NCBI RefSeq assembly: GCF_018350175.1
Contig: NC_058368.1
Span: 203,300,001-203,364,000, forward strand
Length of the DNA: 64,000 bases
Source: Felis catus
Taxonomy: Eukaryota
Direction of reading: 5' to 3'
Shown: positions 24,701-38,633 of the stretch, piece by piece
How the letters are laid out: every line of letters begins with the position of its first letter
Position numbering within the stretch: position 1 is the first letter of the stretch
The notes under the pieces: model-generated
The model's database searches: none
The model's input: only the letters and a program-made list of their open reading frames with translations
What the model was told of the DNA's origin: nothing
Program-made: the position numbers and the translations under genes

Positions 24701-25849
24701 CTAGAACATAATCACGACTTAATTCCTCAATAAATAGTGCTTGTTAGTATAAGCAGATCTCAGTAACTGGCATCAGAAAAGATCCTAGAGTGGCCATTAG
24801 ACAAATACTATTCACTCTTTGAAAAATTCAGGCCCCAAGGGCCAGAAATGAACTTGCTGGAGGTCACAAACATAGTAGTAAAGAAATACATTTAATACGA
24901 GTCTTATTGAACTAAGAGTCAAACATATTTCAGTGTCACATAACAAACATAGGATCCATGTTAAGAATGGAAATGAAGTACGTGACTTGACTCCTTGAAC
25001 TTACTAGTTCATCATCTCATTTAGAGATGTCTGAAATAGAACAGTACAACTTCACAGTGAGCAATTTCACAAGAAACATGTGCAGGTTTTGGTGTTGAAG
25101 CTCACTTCTGAAATATCTGGACCTCTTACATTTGTTGATTGTTTTCTTAATAAAGATCTGGGCAATCCAATAACTCTGAGTAATATCCTTAAGCACTAAA
25201 CATTGCACTGTGGAAACAAGACACACCATCCTCCCATTAGATGGGGCTGTATCTTTTTCTTTCCATTCTTATGAGATCCAAAAAGAAGTGGAGAATCAGT
25301 GAAGCAAAGATTGTGGGTTAAATGCACTAGTTTCCCTTACATTCCTCTCTTTCAACCATGAACTTAACACTGGAGAAGCCCCATTATATTGGGTTGATTG
25401 ATGTAAAACTTCAAAACAAATAAATGCAAACAACCTCCCATGCCTACCACTTCCCTCTAATTAATGTGCTGGAACTCACATTGTTGTTCCACAGCTACAC
25501 CATGGGTCAGTTCAAGCATTTGGACTCACCTTACCCAGAGCCCAAAACAGAGCAATTATTCCATCGAGCACACGAGACTACATACTGGCAGGAATAACTT
25601 TCATAACTTTACATCGTAATTATCAGAAGGAAAATTTTATTTTCATGGCTAGGAATCAAACTGATTTACCTGATAACCGAAATGGACTGAATATTCTGAA
25701 GAAAAGTAAGTGAAATATAAACATTTCCCAGAAAGCAAAAAAGAGTCTTTTTCTACTCAGATGTTAATTAACCATGAAAGCCTTGAATACTAAATAATGG
25801 ACATTTTCTACATTATAAGAGACTCTTTCCTAGAAAATTATGGTATTGC

Positions 25850-26037
25850 ACATTTTTCCTCCAATGCAATTGACAGTGATTTGGACTCTCAAGCAACCCC
25901 TTTCTGGCTTTCAGGTTTGCCTCCTAACAAGTCACATTGGATACATTTTTCCTCCAATGCAATTGACAGTGATTTGGACTCTCAAGCAACCCCTTTCTGG
26001 CTTTCAGGTTTGCCTCCTAACAAGTCACATTGGATAC
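25850..26037. repeat. Perfect 93-bp tandem duplication
   Basis: 25850-25942 is identical to 25943-26035, followed by 2-bp 'ac' microhomology. Confidence 0.95.
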
Positions 26038-26305
26038 CAAATAAGGCAAAATGATACACAAGAGGTAAGACAAAGTGATATCTGCTAGTGATATCTACAG
26101 ACATCAAATATGAGTAGGATCCTCAGGGCTAAAACAAAGACATATGGTCTGATATTTTGCTGGAAAATTCTGAAATGCTAAAATTAGAAGATTAAAGGTG
26201 TCACTAAGCTCACCAAAACTTTTCTATTACTTCTCTTACAAGGCATTTCTTTGTTCCAGGGAAGACCCTTTCGAGGAAAATACTCTATTTAAATACTGAG
26301 AAAGA

Positions 26306-26540
26306 GGGGCGCCTGGGTGGCTCAGTCGTTTGGGCATCTGACTTCAGCTCAGGTCACGATCTCGCGGTCCGTTGAGTTCGAGCCCCGCGTCAGGCTCTGG
26401 GCTGATGGCTCAGAGCCTGGAGCCTGTTTCCGATTCTGTGTCTCCCTCTCTCTCTGCCCCTCCCCCATTCATGTTCTGTCTCTCTCTGTCCCAAAAATAA
26501 ATAAACGTTAAAAATTTTTTTTTAAAAAATAAATAAATAA
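26306..26540 (+). mobile_element. SINEC_Fc (young)
   Basis: Near-consensus copy; perfect TSD aaatactgagaaagag. Confidence 0.95.
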
Positions 26541-26759
26541 ATACTGAGAAAGAGTAAATGCTTCTAAACTCTGAAGCTTTTATTCAGCTCTGTGCCACCT
26601 CAATACCAAATTTTGCACCACATGACCCTTCTTCATGGACTGTGAAGACCAGCCATTCCCTCCCTAGTGTCGTCACACAGGGGCAGGAGACAAAATCAAA
26701 GATAGGATCTTCTTCCCGTGGTTTCAGCATTATAGGCATATATGTATGTGTATAAAATA

Positions 26760-27100
26760 TTTTTTACATTGTGACATATGCCATACATATAGAGTAATGC
26801 ATAAAGCTTATGTGTATGTTTCAAAGAATAAATTTAAATTAGACACAGACTGTAATCACTACCCATATTAAGATATAGAACATTTCTAGCCCCTAGCCTC
26901 ACTGTGTACCCTTCTCTGATCACCATCCTTTACCCTGAATTAACCATTATTCTCATCTTCCTGTTGTTGTTTTTTTTTTTAATTTTTCCCACCTATGCGT
27001 GGATTTTTTTTATATAGTTTAGTTTTCATTGCTTATGAACTTTTAAAAAATAAAACCGCACTATATATTTTCCCATTTTTCTCTGTTAACATTCTACGAG
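26760..27100 (-). mobile_element. L1ME-like 3' fragment
   Basis: tgtaatcactacccatattaagatatagaacatttctagc...taaccattattctc. Confidence 0.55.
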
Positions 27101-28398
27101 CTAAAAATTTACCTGTAGATCTCCATTCTGAGATATAATGAAGTGGCTGGTGTTGGACTTGCTCTCACATGATAAGCAACTAAAACCTACACAAACTATA
27201 TGACACAAGTGGTTCTAGACATTTTACATCAGACAATATTGGACTATGATCTCTAACAGAAAGGGTACAAACCAAGTGAGCCCTACCAATTCTTCAGAGT
27301 CCTGCCGGTAGGTGCTTTCTGGACTGTGAGAAACTGTGGAGACCCCGAGCAGGGCAAGCCAGTCCCTCTGAAGAAGACCGGACAGGAGTGTGCTACGCAG
27401 AGACAGAGTTCCAAAAATCTGCATAGCTTCTTTGAGTGACTAGTTGAAAACCGAGCTGTGCTTGTGTAGGCTGAAACTCCATGAGGCCAGGCGAAAGCTA
27501 ACTGCCAGAAAAAGAGTTAAGTGCTGGGAGCCGTAGGCTAAACACTTTCTACAACTAACATTGGCTAGGAGATGCTTGCGCTCTGACTAGCCAAAGAGAA
27601 ACAAACTTGTTAAACACATAGGGTACATAATGGTATCCCTAGCAGGGTCTAGCTTTAACAGTAAAGCTAAACCATCTTAAAGTAAAGGCTATTCAAGACA
27701 TCCCTGCCCTGACAAAGTTTACAAGCAAGCTTCAAAAGGCTCAGGCTTATCTACAACTCACTTAATTGCCTGTCAGAACAAACCTTAACACTCTTTAAAG
27801 GAAAACTATACAATCCAGAGACTCAACAACGTAGCAGTCATAATGTTAGGATCTCATAAAGTATGACTACACATGTGTAAAAGTAGGAAAATGTTTCCTA
27901 TAAACAGTGGAACTATCCATCAATCAAAACAAATTCAGAAATATTAGAGATAATAGAATTAGCAGACAGGGACTTTCAAACAGCTATTTTAAATATGTCT
28001 GAGTATTTGAAGGAAAGTGTGAACATAATAAAGAGGTAAGTGGAAGATATTTATTTTAAAAAACTCAATGAATTTCTAGAGGTGAAAAATAGATAGGAGA
28101 AACAAACATATCTAAGTTTCAGTTGACTATCTAAACACTTCTCTCCCAGGAAGCAAGAAAGTAAGGAGACATAAAAAGTAGTTAGAAAATTGAACAACAA
28201 ATTACCCTAATTGATATTTGTAGAACACTACGCACACTAATGTTGAAAAACATACTCTTTCAAGAGCATATGGAATATTCGTCAGTATAAACTAATAGAA
28301 CATAAAACAATCATTAATTTAAAAGTTGAAATAATGCAGACTATGTTCTCTGACTATAATGAATCTATTCAGAAATCAATTTTAAAAATTAAGAAACT

Positions 28399-28553
28399 GG
28401 GGTGCCTGGGTGGCTCAACTTCGGCTCAGGTCATGATCTCACGGTTCATGGGTTCAAGCCCCATGTCAGACTCTGCTACAGGTCAGAGCCTGAAGACTGC
28501 TTCAGATTCTGTGTCTCCTTCTCATTCTCTACCCCTCTCCCATTTGTGCTCTG

Positions 28554-28591
<38 letters not shown>

Positions 28592-28630
28592 TCTCCCTCT
28601 GTCTCAAAAATAAATAAACATCAAAACATT
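28399..28630 (+). mobile_element. SINEC inside L1
   Basis: Typical body with a short 5' internal deletion. Confidence 0.9.
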
Positions 28631-29082
28631 TTTAAATGCTTGTATTAGAAAAAGAAAATAAAAAATTAATAATCTAAGCTTCAAACTTAAACGTTGAAGA
28701 GAAAGTTGAATCCAAAGTAGAAAGAAGGAAATATCAGAGTAGAAGTGAAACAGATTAAAAAATAAACAAACAAAAAAGAAAATCAATGAAACTATAAGCT
28801 GATAGTTTGAAAAATCAATAAGAATTTTAAATCTCCAGCTAGAAAAATAAAGAAAAAAGGAGAGAGAAACCCAAATTGCCAATATCAGGAATAAAAGAAA
28901 GATTATCACCACAGATCTTAGACATATTTAAAAGAAAATAAAGGAATATAATAAATTTATGCCAATAAATTCAACTTGACATGGACAAAGTTCTTGAGAG
29001 ACATTAATTTCCAAACGGACACAAGAATACAATACATTTTCAAAAATCTGAATAGCTTAAGATTAAAAGAATAAAATTTACA

Positions 29083-29252
29083 GGGTGACTGGTGGCTCAG
29101 TCAGTTGAACTCTGACACTCAATTTTGGTTTAGGTCATGATCTCATGGTCGTGGGATCAAGCCCCATGCTCAGCATGAAATCTGTTTAAGATTCTCTCTC
29201 TCCCTCTCCCTCTGCCCCTCCCCTCTTTGCATACTCTCCCCCTCCAAAAAAA
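29083..29252 (+). mobile_element. SINEC (older subfamily) inside L1
   Basis: Body plus TSD aagaataaa(a)tttaca. Confidence 0.9.
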
Positions 29253-29897
29253 GAATAAATTTACAAGTAAAAATCTCCTCCCCTCAAAGAAAATTACAGA
29301 CTCTGATGACTTATAGGAAGTTTTTTAAGACATTTAATATAAAAAATACCAATCTTACACAAATCCTTTCAGAATATAAAAAGAGGCTAAAATGTTTCCA
29401 AATTCTTTTTGTGAACCGAGCATTGCACTGAAATCAAATCTGGCAAAGACATAACAAGGAAATAAAATTACAAAGATTCCTCAGGAACATAATAATGAAG
29501 GCTCCTAGCAAAATATTAGTGAAATATTTTGTATATAAAAATAGCAAAGTAGATTATCCCAGAAATGCAAGGATAGTTTGTCATTAAAAATCAAAGTATT
29601 TGATCCTATTAGCAAAATAACCACATGTAATTACCTTAATATATGCTGAAAACCATTTGACAAGATTCAATATCCATTCATAATAAAAAGTCTCAGCAAT
29701 CCAGGAATGATAGCAGATTTTCTCAACATGATGATGGCAAATACAATACACCTACAACTAATATTAATTAATGTGAAACACTTCTCCCTTAAGATTAGGA
29801 AAAAGGCAAGGCTGTCTACCTTCACCATCACTGTTCCACAGTATACTAGAGGTCTTGACCAGTATAATTAGGTAAGAAAAGAAATCAAAATATAGAG

Positions 29898-29965
29898 AGA
29901 TGGATGGATGGATGGATGAATGGATAGGTAGGTAGGTAGGTAGGTAGATAGATAGACAGACAGAT
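29898..29965. repeat. Compound (GGAT)n(AGGT)n(AGAT/AGAC)n microsatellite
   Basis: Read directly. Confidence 0.9.
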
Positions 29966-32900
29966 GTAGAAATATATTGGAATTAAAGAAATAAAATGGC
30001 CTTTATTTATGGGCAATATAATGGTATATACAGGACATCCTAGGTATCTACAAATATCCTATTGCAATTAATGTGTTAAATTAAGAAATAAATGGAATAA
30101 TATACCATAGTCATGTTTTGGAAGGCTCAATATTCTTTAAATGCTCAGTTCCCCTTAATTAAATATAAAGCCATCAAAATACTATCAAGTTGTTTTTGTA
30201 AAAACTGAAAGATGGTTGTAAAATTTATATAGAAATGCAAAATACCTAGAGTAGTGAGAACAATTTTTTAAGGGACAAATTCAGAGAAATGCCACTCTCT
30301 TATTTAAAGTAACACCATAAACTTACAGTAACCACAACAGTATAGAAGTTGCATAAGGATAGACACATAGATTGATGTAATAGAAGAGAAAACCCAGAAA
30401 TAGACATATATAGTCAGTAGATATTTGACAAAGGTGCCATGGTAGTTCTGTTTAAAAGACAGTCTTTTCAACAAATGATACTGAAACACTTGGCAAAAAA
30501 TAATAGGCAAAAAAGAATGAAACTCAACCCTGTATCACACCAAAATAAAACATTAATTTGAAATCCATCATACGTTTGAATGTAGGAGCTATAATTACAG
30601 AACTTCTGGAAGCAAGCATAGCTGAAAATCTTTCCGACCTTAGAGTAGGCAAACATTTTTTAAGAGGACACCAAAATCACTAATAATTTAAAAGTAGATA
30701 AATTAAACTTTCATAAGGTTGTATACAATTTAAAAGTCTGCTCTTTGAAAAACTCCTTTACAAAATCAAAAGAAAAGCCATAGATTGAAATAAATTCTTC
30801 ACAATATGTGTGTCTTACAAAGTGTAAAGAATTTGTAACTAAATAATATTGATAATAACCCAATAAAAAGGACTGAATATTTAAATAGACGCTATACCAA
30901 AGAAGACAGACAAATAAAATACATGAAAAAATACCCAATGTTATTATTCATGTAGTAATGTGAATTTAAACCATAATGAGTTACCATTGCACACCTGTTA
31001 GAATGACTAAAACTATAAAAACGGAAAATACCAAGTGTTAGTAAGGATGTGGGACAATTTAAACTCTTATAAATGGCTCTTGGGAATGTAAAGTAGTAAA
31101 ACAACTCTGGGAAACAATCTGATAGTTTCTTGTGTTGTTAAACTTCTACTTATCATATGATCCAGCAATCCCTCTCCTAGGTATTTACCCTAAGAAATGA
31201 AAACCTATGTCTTCACACAGCTACGTATACACAGAGCAAGCAGCTTTATTCATAACGGTAGGTACCTGGAAGCAACACAACAAGGGCATACACCGAAAAG
31301 TGGATCTGTAAGCAAGTTGTGTAACTGTCATACAATGAAATTAATATTTAGCAAGACAAATGGAACAAACTGCAGATACACACAACATGGATGAAACTCA
31401 AAAACATTATAATGAGCAAAAGAAGCCAGACACAACAGGGAACATGTTGGATGACTCAGGAAATCTACAAGAGGCAAATTTAATCTCGAGTAAACAAAGC
31501 AGTTCAGTGTTTACCTGGGGCTAGGGGGTAAGAGAGTGGGGTTGAATGCAAAGAGGAAGAAGGGAAGTTGGGGGGATGATGGACATGTGCTATATAGTTA
31601 TCAGGGTGTTGTTTAAAGAGGCATATGTTTTTTTAAAGTTTATGGAGCTGTAGACTTAATATAGGTGAATTTTATTTTCTGAACATTATACTGTAATAAA
31701 GCTAATGTAAAAATGTTTAATGTTTTAATCAATAAATTAAGAAAATAACAATCCACAAACATTTTCCAAGTTTTACTGAGTCGGAGATGAATCTGATCTG
31801 ATATACCCCTTACTAAAAATAGGACAAAGTTGCAAAAGTAATTCACATATACCCAGTAAATATGCTCCTTGGGAAGATGTGTCACTTTTTAGGCATCTAG
31901 ACTTTGCAGTCCTATGTTGTTATTTTCCAACTTACTTCTTTGTGTTAATGAAGCTATTTTAAGATAAGCCACTGGCCAACAGCTGTCTACTTCTCTCAGT
32001 ATAGTGACAGGGGAAATAAACATTTCTCATTCTTCCCCTACTAATGCCAGGCCACATTCGGCAAGCTCTTTGGTTACTGTCATAGGTAGCAGCCTGTCTT
32101 TTCCAATGGTAAGAATGCATTAATCCATCTGATAAAGGGCAGTTTGAGAAAGGTGACCACGGCTCAGACCTCTTTAATCTGTCAAGTCCTATTTTCTTTT
32201 ACCCTTGAAATGTTCCAGAATCCTCTTTCCAATCTGTCATAGGCAAGTCTAACATCCCACCCTAGAGTTTACATTCACTTCAAATAATATTATTGGCAGA
32301 CATAAAACCAATTTACAAAGGTGGTCTTCTATGTTTTGTATTCCAAAGATGGTCTTCTGAATTGTGTTATAAATTTACCTTTCCTGTCTTTGTCAATTGA
32401 AACTATATTCACATATATACTATACTTCTAGGCTGTGAAGAGAAGAAAATAAAATACTTTATGGTGAATAAATAAAATAACATTTAAATTATTTCCTGTT
32501 TGGTAACAACTTATAGGCTATTTATAAAAGGTCTTCAGTCATTGGATGGATAGCTTGTCAAGAATGTGATAAATACTCCTATAATGACCAAATCCTCCTC
32601 ATACAATTGGGAATCATAATTTTCCACATGCATACAATATTCCAGCCATAAACTGCATGCTTTAGTACATGGATTAGAAGTTCTCCCCTTGAAGCCCTAT
32701 GCTATAAAAACAAGAGAAATTTATGTGCAACTAATGTAATTGTTTCAGTGAATTATAAAATTTCAAATCTTCTTTAGATATTTCCTGTTAGATAAATCTC
32801 TAGTGAGAAATTCATTCCACCAACCCTAGCAGCTTCTCAGTAAAATAGAATTAGCTACTCAGATGGGGCCATGTTACTGGAAATGGCAATTTTTTAATTT

Positions 32901-33093
32901 GTGCTTAGAGGGTATTTACTAGTACAGCTGAGAACATATTTTAACAAATAATTGTTCCTTTCTTCATCTGTACCCACAAATTTCATCCTTTATATTGTGA
33001 ATAGTTACTATTTGATTCTCATGGGCAACTCTTAATTATCTATGGTAATGAGCACACATTTAAGAACATGTATATGCCAAAAGTACTAATCTT

Positions 33094-33300
33094 GGGGTGC
33101 CTGGGTGGCTTAGTTGGTTAAGCATCACACTTTGGCTCAGGTCATGAACTCGCTGTTGGTAAGTTTGAGCCCCACATAGGGCTCTGTGCTGACAGCTCAG
33201 AGCCTGGAGCCTGTTTCAGATTCTGTCTCTCTCTCTCTCTGTTCCTCCCCATTGTGCTCTCTCTCTCTCTCTCTCAAAAATGAATAAACATTAAAAAAAA
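33094..33300 (+). mobile_element. SINEC
   Basis: Typical body with a degenerate TSD. Confidence 0.95.
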
Positions 33301-34440
33301 ACTACTAGTCTTTAAGAAGTCTTAGACTATGTCAACAACGAGTAGACAGGTGTGTTCAACAGTTACCATACATCCAACACTCTGTTAATATAACACAGTA
33401 GAGCATAAGAAAATATCTTCAAATATCTGTCTTCAAACATCCTGTTTTTTGGAAATAAAGAAAAACCTATGCACACAAACCAGAGAATAGTAAACTATAA
33501 TATCAAGCACAAAAAGTGATAGTAGCTATAGATGAATAGCTACATCTGCCTCTACAATAGATGTATCTGTCTGGCTATGAAAGCAGGAATTCAGAGAGTA
33601 TGAAAATAATCAGAAGAGAAAATCTGGCATTTATTGAATAATTTCACTTGCCAGTTCATACTGTTAGAGACCTCTATCTTACTTAACACTAGCATATGTG
33701 AGGTCACTATGATGCCCTCGTAATAGTGAAACTATTATTTCACTCATAATAGTGAAACTAAAGCTTAGGCAGCTTCATTATACCTACCCAAAGTGCATAT
33801 CTAGAACTACAATGCCAGATTCAATTCACTGCTAGATTTCAATGGATATTTGTTGCTATGGATGCTGTTAAGACATTTAGCCAAAAAAAAAAAAAAAAAA
33901 AAAAGGCTGATCCTGCTTTCTGTTGGTTTTCTCACCACTTAGAAAAGAAATGCTACGTGACATACATAATTAGCCAGAGAGATCTACACAACTGTGAATT
34001 TGAGGTCCTTCTTATGCCCAGAAATTTACGAAAAAAAATCCAAGGTGCAGTTGAGATGGAAAAGTGAGTGTAGAGAATAATAAGATCTCATTCCCATCAT
34101 AAGGTGTTTAACCAACAGCAAGTAGGCTGTAATCAGATCCAGTACCATTAAGACTGTTAATTTATCCCATGAGTTTAAAATTCTCAAGTTGTATGCTCAG
34201 AGGTTATAACCAAACAGAAATCTCTAACTCTAAGGACAGCCATGTTTTCTGACCCGATGTATCCTCTTTTTTGTTCTTCTAAATCATAATTGTAATTTTC
34301 CACAAGGCATTCTTCTAGGAATAACAGTGTATCTATCTATAAAGCCAACACATGTTTTCAATATAACTTACCTAAGTGGTTTTTATTGGGCTACAATTAA
34401 GCTTTCCTTTTGATATATAGCAAGGTATGTTTAATTCTTT

Positions 34441-34660
34441 TTTATTTTTAAAAGAAATGTTTTTAATGTTTATTTCTCAGAGACAGAGACAGAGCAGGAG
34501 TGGGGAAGGAGCAGTGAGAGAGGGAGACACAGAATCCAAAGCAGGCTCCAGGCTCCGAGCTGTCAGCACAGAGCCCGATGCCCGGCTCCAACTCACGAAC
34601 CTTGAGATCATAACCTGAACCCAAGTCGGCGCTTAACCGACAGAGCCACCCAGGCACCCT
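34441..34660 (-). mobile_element. SINEC
   Basis: Antisense body; TSD gtatgtttaattcttttt. Confidence 0.95.
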
Positions 34661-34853
34661 GAAAGTATGTTTAATTCTTTTTCTAAATGCATTTTCGTAA
34701 ATATTAGTAAACATAAAATTTCAATCAACATGAGTACATATAAATTTATTCCATTAAAAACTGTGACTCAGTGAGACATTTAAGCACAAAACATGTCCCA
34801 TGTTTTCTGGAGAAGACACAAATAGGCTTTTTATACTTTTAAACAATTTAAGA

Positions 34854-35065
34854 TTTTCTTTTCTTTTCTTTCCTTTTCTTTTCTTTTCTTGAGAGAGAGC
34901 ATGTGCACGTGTGCAGGGGCGGGGCAGAAGGAGAGAGAGTATCTTAAGCAGACCCCACACCCAGTAGAGAGCCTGAAGTGAGGCTCCATCCCCAGACTGT
35001 GAGGTCATGACCTGAGCTGAGACCAAGGGTCAGTCGCTTAACCAACTAAGCCACCCAGGTGCCCC
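34854..35065 (-). mobile_element. SINEC (older subfamily)
   Basis: Antisense body with (ttttc)n tail; TSD aaacaa(t/c)ttaa. Confidence 0.9.
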
Positions 35066-37399
35066 AAAACAACTTAATATTTTTTGATATGAAAGATTAT
35101 TATATTATTATATTATTAATTATTATATTATTATATCAAAAATAAAAATTACCTTTGAAAAGATACACATCTGCCTTTTGAAATCCATATTCTGTGCACT
35201 GTTTCACCCTTTCTATTCTCTTTCCTAAAAACTATGAAAAGGAGAAATGTCTAGTACTTAAAATACAGGACATAAAGAGTAGTCATCAATAGTACAGACA
35301 TAATTTTTATTATCCCAGAGAAAGAACATTTACATTTTCACTTCATCCAGTTCTTTTGGGAAAAGGTGGTAGAAGTAAAATAAAATTTCTGAAAGTAAGA
35401 ATTCTCAAAAGTATTTTGAGTATTATTTTCCAAATTTCACTCTTTGATAATATTGTCCTTTGAGGCAGAACTCCAAAAGCAAAATCATACACCAAAACAT
35501 TCATCATTCTTGCTCAGTAAAACACAGGGCAGAAAAGAAAAGTCTACATGCAAACAAGATATTTCACGAGACTGCTAACATTTGTAGATCGAGAATTCTC
35601 CCCCAGATTTCAAACGAACCATGTAAAAGTTCTGACCTAGTTGTAATAGCATGAAAAATAAAAGATGAAATAATTGTCTTAGCAGCCAAGATTTTGATAC
35701 ATTTAGTGAATTTTTTTAATAAAATATTTCCAGATCCATTTTTGTTCCACACGGTAATTATCTAAATGCCTACCATGAATATCCAAGAATATTGTTACAA
35801 TATTGTTACTCCAACTGTCATTTTTATTCTAACATAAGTATTCTATTGAACTTTTATATGTAGCTTTTAATATGTAGCTTACTATGCACAGCTTTCTAAT
35901 CTCACTTATTTGTACAGCAGGATGTAAATTCTAGAATTACTTCTATTACCTGTAATTGCTGCATAATAGAAACACACTTTTAAATGACAGGTTTACTTGG
36001 CTTTTGTACTTACTAATGGCTAGAAAACATGAAATTGGCACATAAAAAATATCAGTAGAGTTAAATAGTACGCAATTAAATGCATATATGATGCTTACAT
36101 TTCATTGCCTAGATTCCAGGCGCAGAATTCCCGGCCAAGTGGGGCGTGCTATAATTTGGAAGAATTTCTAGTGCTCCATCAGTAGATCTTTGCCATCTCT
36201 GATAGCTTTACCCTTCCAACCTAACACGCTGTCATTAATTCTCACAAGGTGTAAGTCCTTTAGGTGAATAGTTTTGTTCAATAAAAGTTGGAGACGTGAA
36301 TCACTGAAGTTGAGAGAGATCTTTTCCTACTCTGGCATTTGCAGAATTCCGGCAACAAGGCATTGCTTGGAACTAAAGAGAAGTCTTGATCTGACAGGAC
36401 ACGTGACTTAAGCTGAGAAAAATACTTAAGTTAATGAATTGAGATGGCTGGATAACTATGCTGTAAATCAATCAAGGAGACCAGATGACATTGTAAACCA
36501 CAGACATAATGCTCTTGTGGAGAAGCAATGCTCTTGTGGTTTACAGAAACATTCTAAGCCTTTGAGAGATTTCAAGGGTGGAGATCCATCCCTAGTCATC
36601 CAATGCTATTTATAAAGGGGGAGGAGAAAAGTGTTTTTGTTTTTCTTATGGTTAAAATTTTCAGTGTAAGGCAACAGTTTAAAAAACCCAAAGAAATTTA
36701 AGAAAACAACAAAAATAACTCATGAATAGCTGTGTTACACATGCCCAGGGGCTATTTAAATATGGCATTGGACTTCCAAATTGTCAGGTTAGTTTTACTA
36801 CAATTTCATTCAGTGATCCTGAAATCTCATCCTGTTGCAAAAGGACCATCTTTCCACTGAAAATATTATGGAAGATCACACTGCTGAGCTGCACTAAACC
36901 GTATAAAATTTCTGCAAATGACAGCAAAGAAAATTGGGAACAAAACTATCTACTGCCCCACATTGACCTTCCTTGTTTTTTCTATAATATTTCCCCCCTC
37001 TCAAACACTTCTGTTTAAATGCCAGCTTTTTTATATTCTGCTTTGTCCTAGAATGAAGTTATCCCTGAATTCCTTCGTATTTTTGTGCAACTCAATTACC
37101 AGGATAAATAAAAAGAAATGTGTATTTATTTTTACATGCCCTATGGTTTTCCAAAAAGAATATCAAGCAGCTTCCACAAATTCATAAAACTATACAAGAT
37201 TGCATAAATTACATGGTTGATAAGAAATACTGTGGAAGAGATAAAAAGCAGGGCCCTAACGAGGCTAAAAATGCTCTCTGCTTTATTATGGTCAGGTCAC
37301 AAACTTAGTTTTATAGTTGCTTTCAGTCAATGTGAAGAGAGAAAACTGATTAACTAATTCTCAGAATTTATAATATAAAAACAAACCACTGATGGCACA

Positions 37400-37660
37400 T
37401 AATAGTAATGGCAAATATCTAATATAGTAATTGTAAAAAGGTGGATGTAATTCTAAGCATTTTACGTATATCAACTCAGTTATTCCTCATAACAACCCTA
37501 TGAGATAGGCATTATATTTATCCTTACCTTACAAATGAAGAAATTGAGGCAGGCAAAAGACATTAAGTAATTGACATTAAGTAAATAATGACTTTGAGGT
37601 ATTAATACATGCAGTCTGGTTTCAAAGTCTATGTTCCTAACTGTTCTGCCGTACTGCCTG
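37400..37660 (-). mobile_element. MIR
   Basis: cctcataacaaccctatgagataggcattatatttatccttaccttacaaatgaagaaattgaggc. Confidence 0.8.
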
Positions 37661-38181
37661 CAGAAAAACACAAGAATCTGTCTGGGAAGAAAAATCATTC
37701 TGCTCCTCATAATGACACTACGTGGTAATGTCCTTGAGAAAATCCTCAGAGGAGACTCCACAATAATTTGAAAGATACATTCCTCAAATAGACACACATA
37801 CCACATCAAAAAGCGTATTACTGAAATCGTTTCTGTAGAAGACCAATCCCTGTCAGTGTAGGAAGGGATTACTTATAATTTCAGCTATGATGATCATGGA
37901 AGGCCACCTGGAAGTGGTGATATTTGCATCAACTTGACAGGATAAATAGGTTTCTAGAGGGGAAAAGTATGGGAAAGATGGGAATTATCTTTTGACAGTA
38001 TTTTTCAAATAGGCTCCAATAGTCCAATACAACATCAGAGCCAAAACCATTAGGAAAATGAAGCTGCACATTAGATCAATTATATTTCAGTTCACAAACT
38101 AGTCACAAATCACATATCCATTCTGGCAAAGTTTGGCAGATTCTAGACTGTCTGAAGCCCTCATAAAAATATCAATTCCCA

Positions 38182-38392
38182 GGGGCACCTGGGTGGCTCG
38201 TCGGTTAAGCGTCCGACTTCGGCTCAGGTCATGATCTCACAGTCTGTGGGTTCGAGCCCCGCATCGGGCTCTGTGCTGACAGCTCAGAGCCTGGAGCCTG
38301 CTTCCGATTCTGTGTCTCCCTCTCTCTCTGGCCCTCCCCTGCTCATGTTCTGTCTCTCTCTGTCGCAAAAATAAAATAAAAACATTAAAAAA
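38182..38392 (+). mobile_element. SINEC with its tail interrupted by L1
   Basis: Near-consensus body; TSD atcaattcccagg reappears at ~38650. Confidence 0.95.
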
Positions 38393-38393
38393 A

Positions 38394-38633
38394 TTTTTTT
38401 TATATGAAATTTATTGACAAATTGGTTTCCATACAACACCCAGTGCTCATCCCAACAGGTGCCCTCCTCAATACCCATCACCCACCCTCTCCTCCCTCCC
38501 ACCCCCCATCAACCCTCAGTTTGTTCTCAGTTTTTAACAGTCTCTTATGCTTTGGCTCTCTCCCACTCTAACCTCTTTTTTTTTTTTTCCTTCCCCTCCC
38601 CCATGGGTTCCTGTTAAGTTTCTCAGGATCCAC
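38394..38633 (-). mobile_element. L1_Fc 3' end inserted in the SINE tail
   Basis: tatatgaaatttattgacaaattggtttccatacaacacccagtgctcatcccaacaggtgccctcctcaataccc is an antisense felid L1 3' UTR. Confidence 0.9.

Larger units (their letters stand above)
27125..31700 (+). mobile_element. Old L1 (L1MC/L1MD-like), internally deleted, with 5' region, ORF2 remnants and 3' UTR
   Basis: A-rich ORF2 remnants (cccagaaatgcaaggatagttt, catttgacaagattcaatatccattcataataaaa, atttgacaaaggtgcc) and 3' region (atatgatccagcaatccctctcctaggtatttaccc); no intact ORF. Confidence 0.9.

Noticed and set aside
25529..25700. Minus-strand donor pair (gtaag/gtgagt) with upstream acceptors
   Set aside because: The acceptor giving the longer block is weak and that block has stops in all frames; not distinguishable from background pseudo-exons.
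25797..26088. ORFs with a repeated 31-aa unit; possible CRISPR-like repeat
   Set aside because: A simple two-copy tandem duplication with no spacer, no splice or start context, in eukaryotic DNA.
27125..31700. Potentially active L1
   Set aside because: ORF1 and ORF2 are riddled with stops and deletions and carry two SINE insertions.
33721..33762. Direct repeat taatagtgaaacta x2
   Set aside because: A local duplication in degenerate MIR-like sequence.
33880..33908. Long A run flanked by agcc/ggct
   Set aside because: No TSD; a 4-bp inverted flank is expected by chance.
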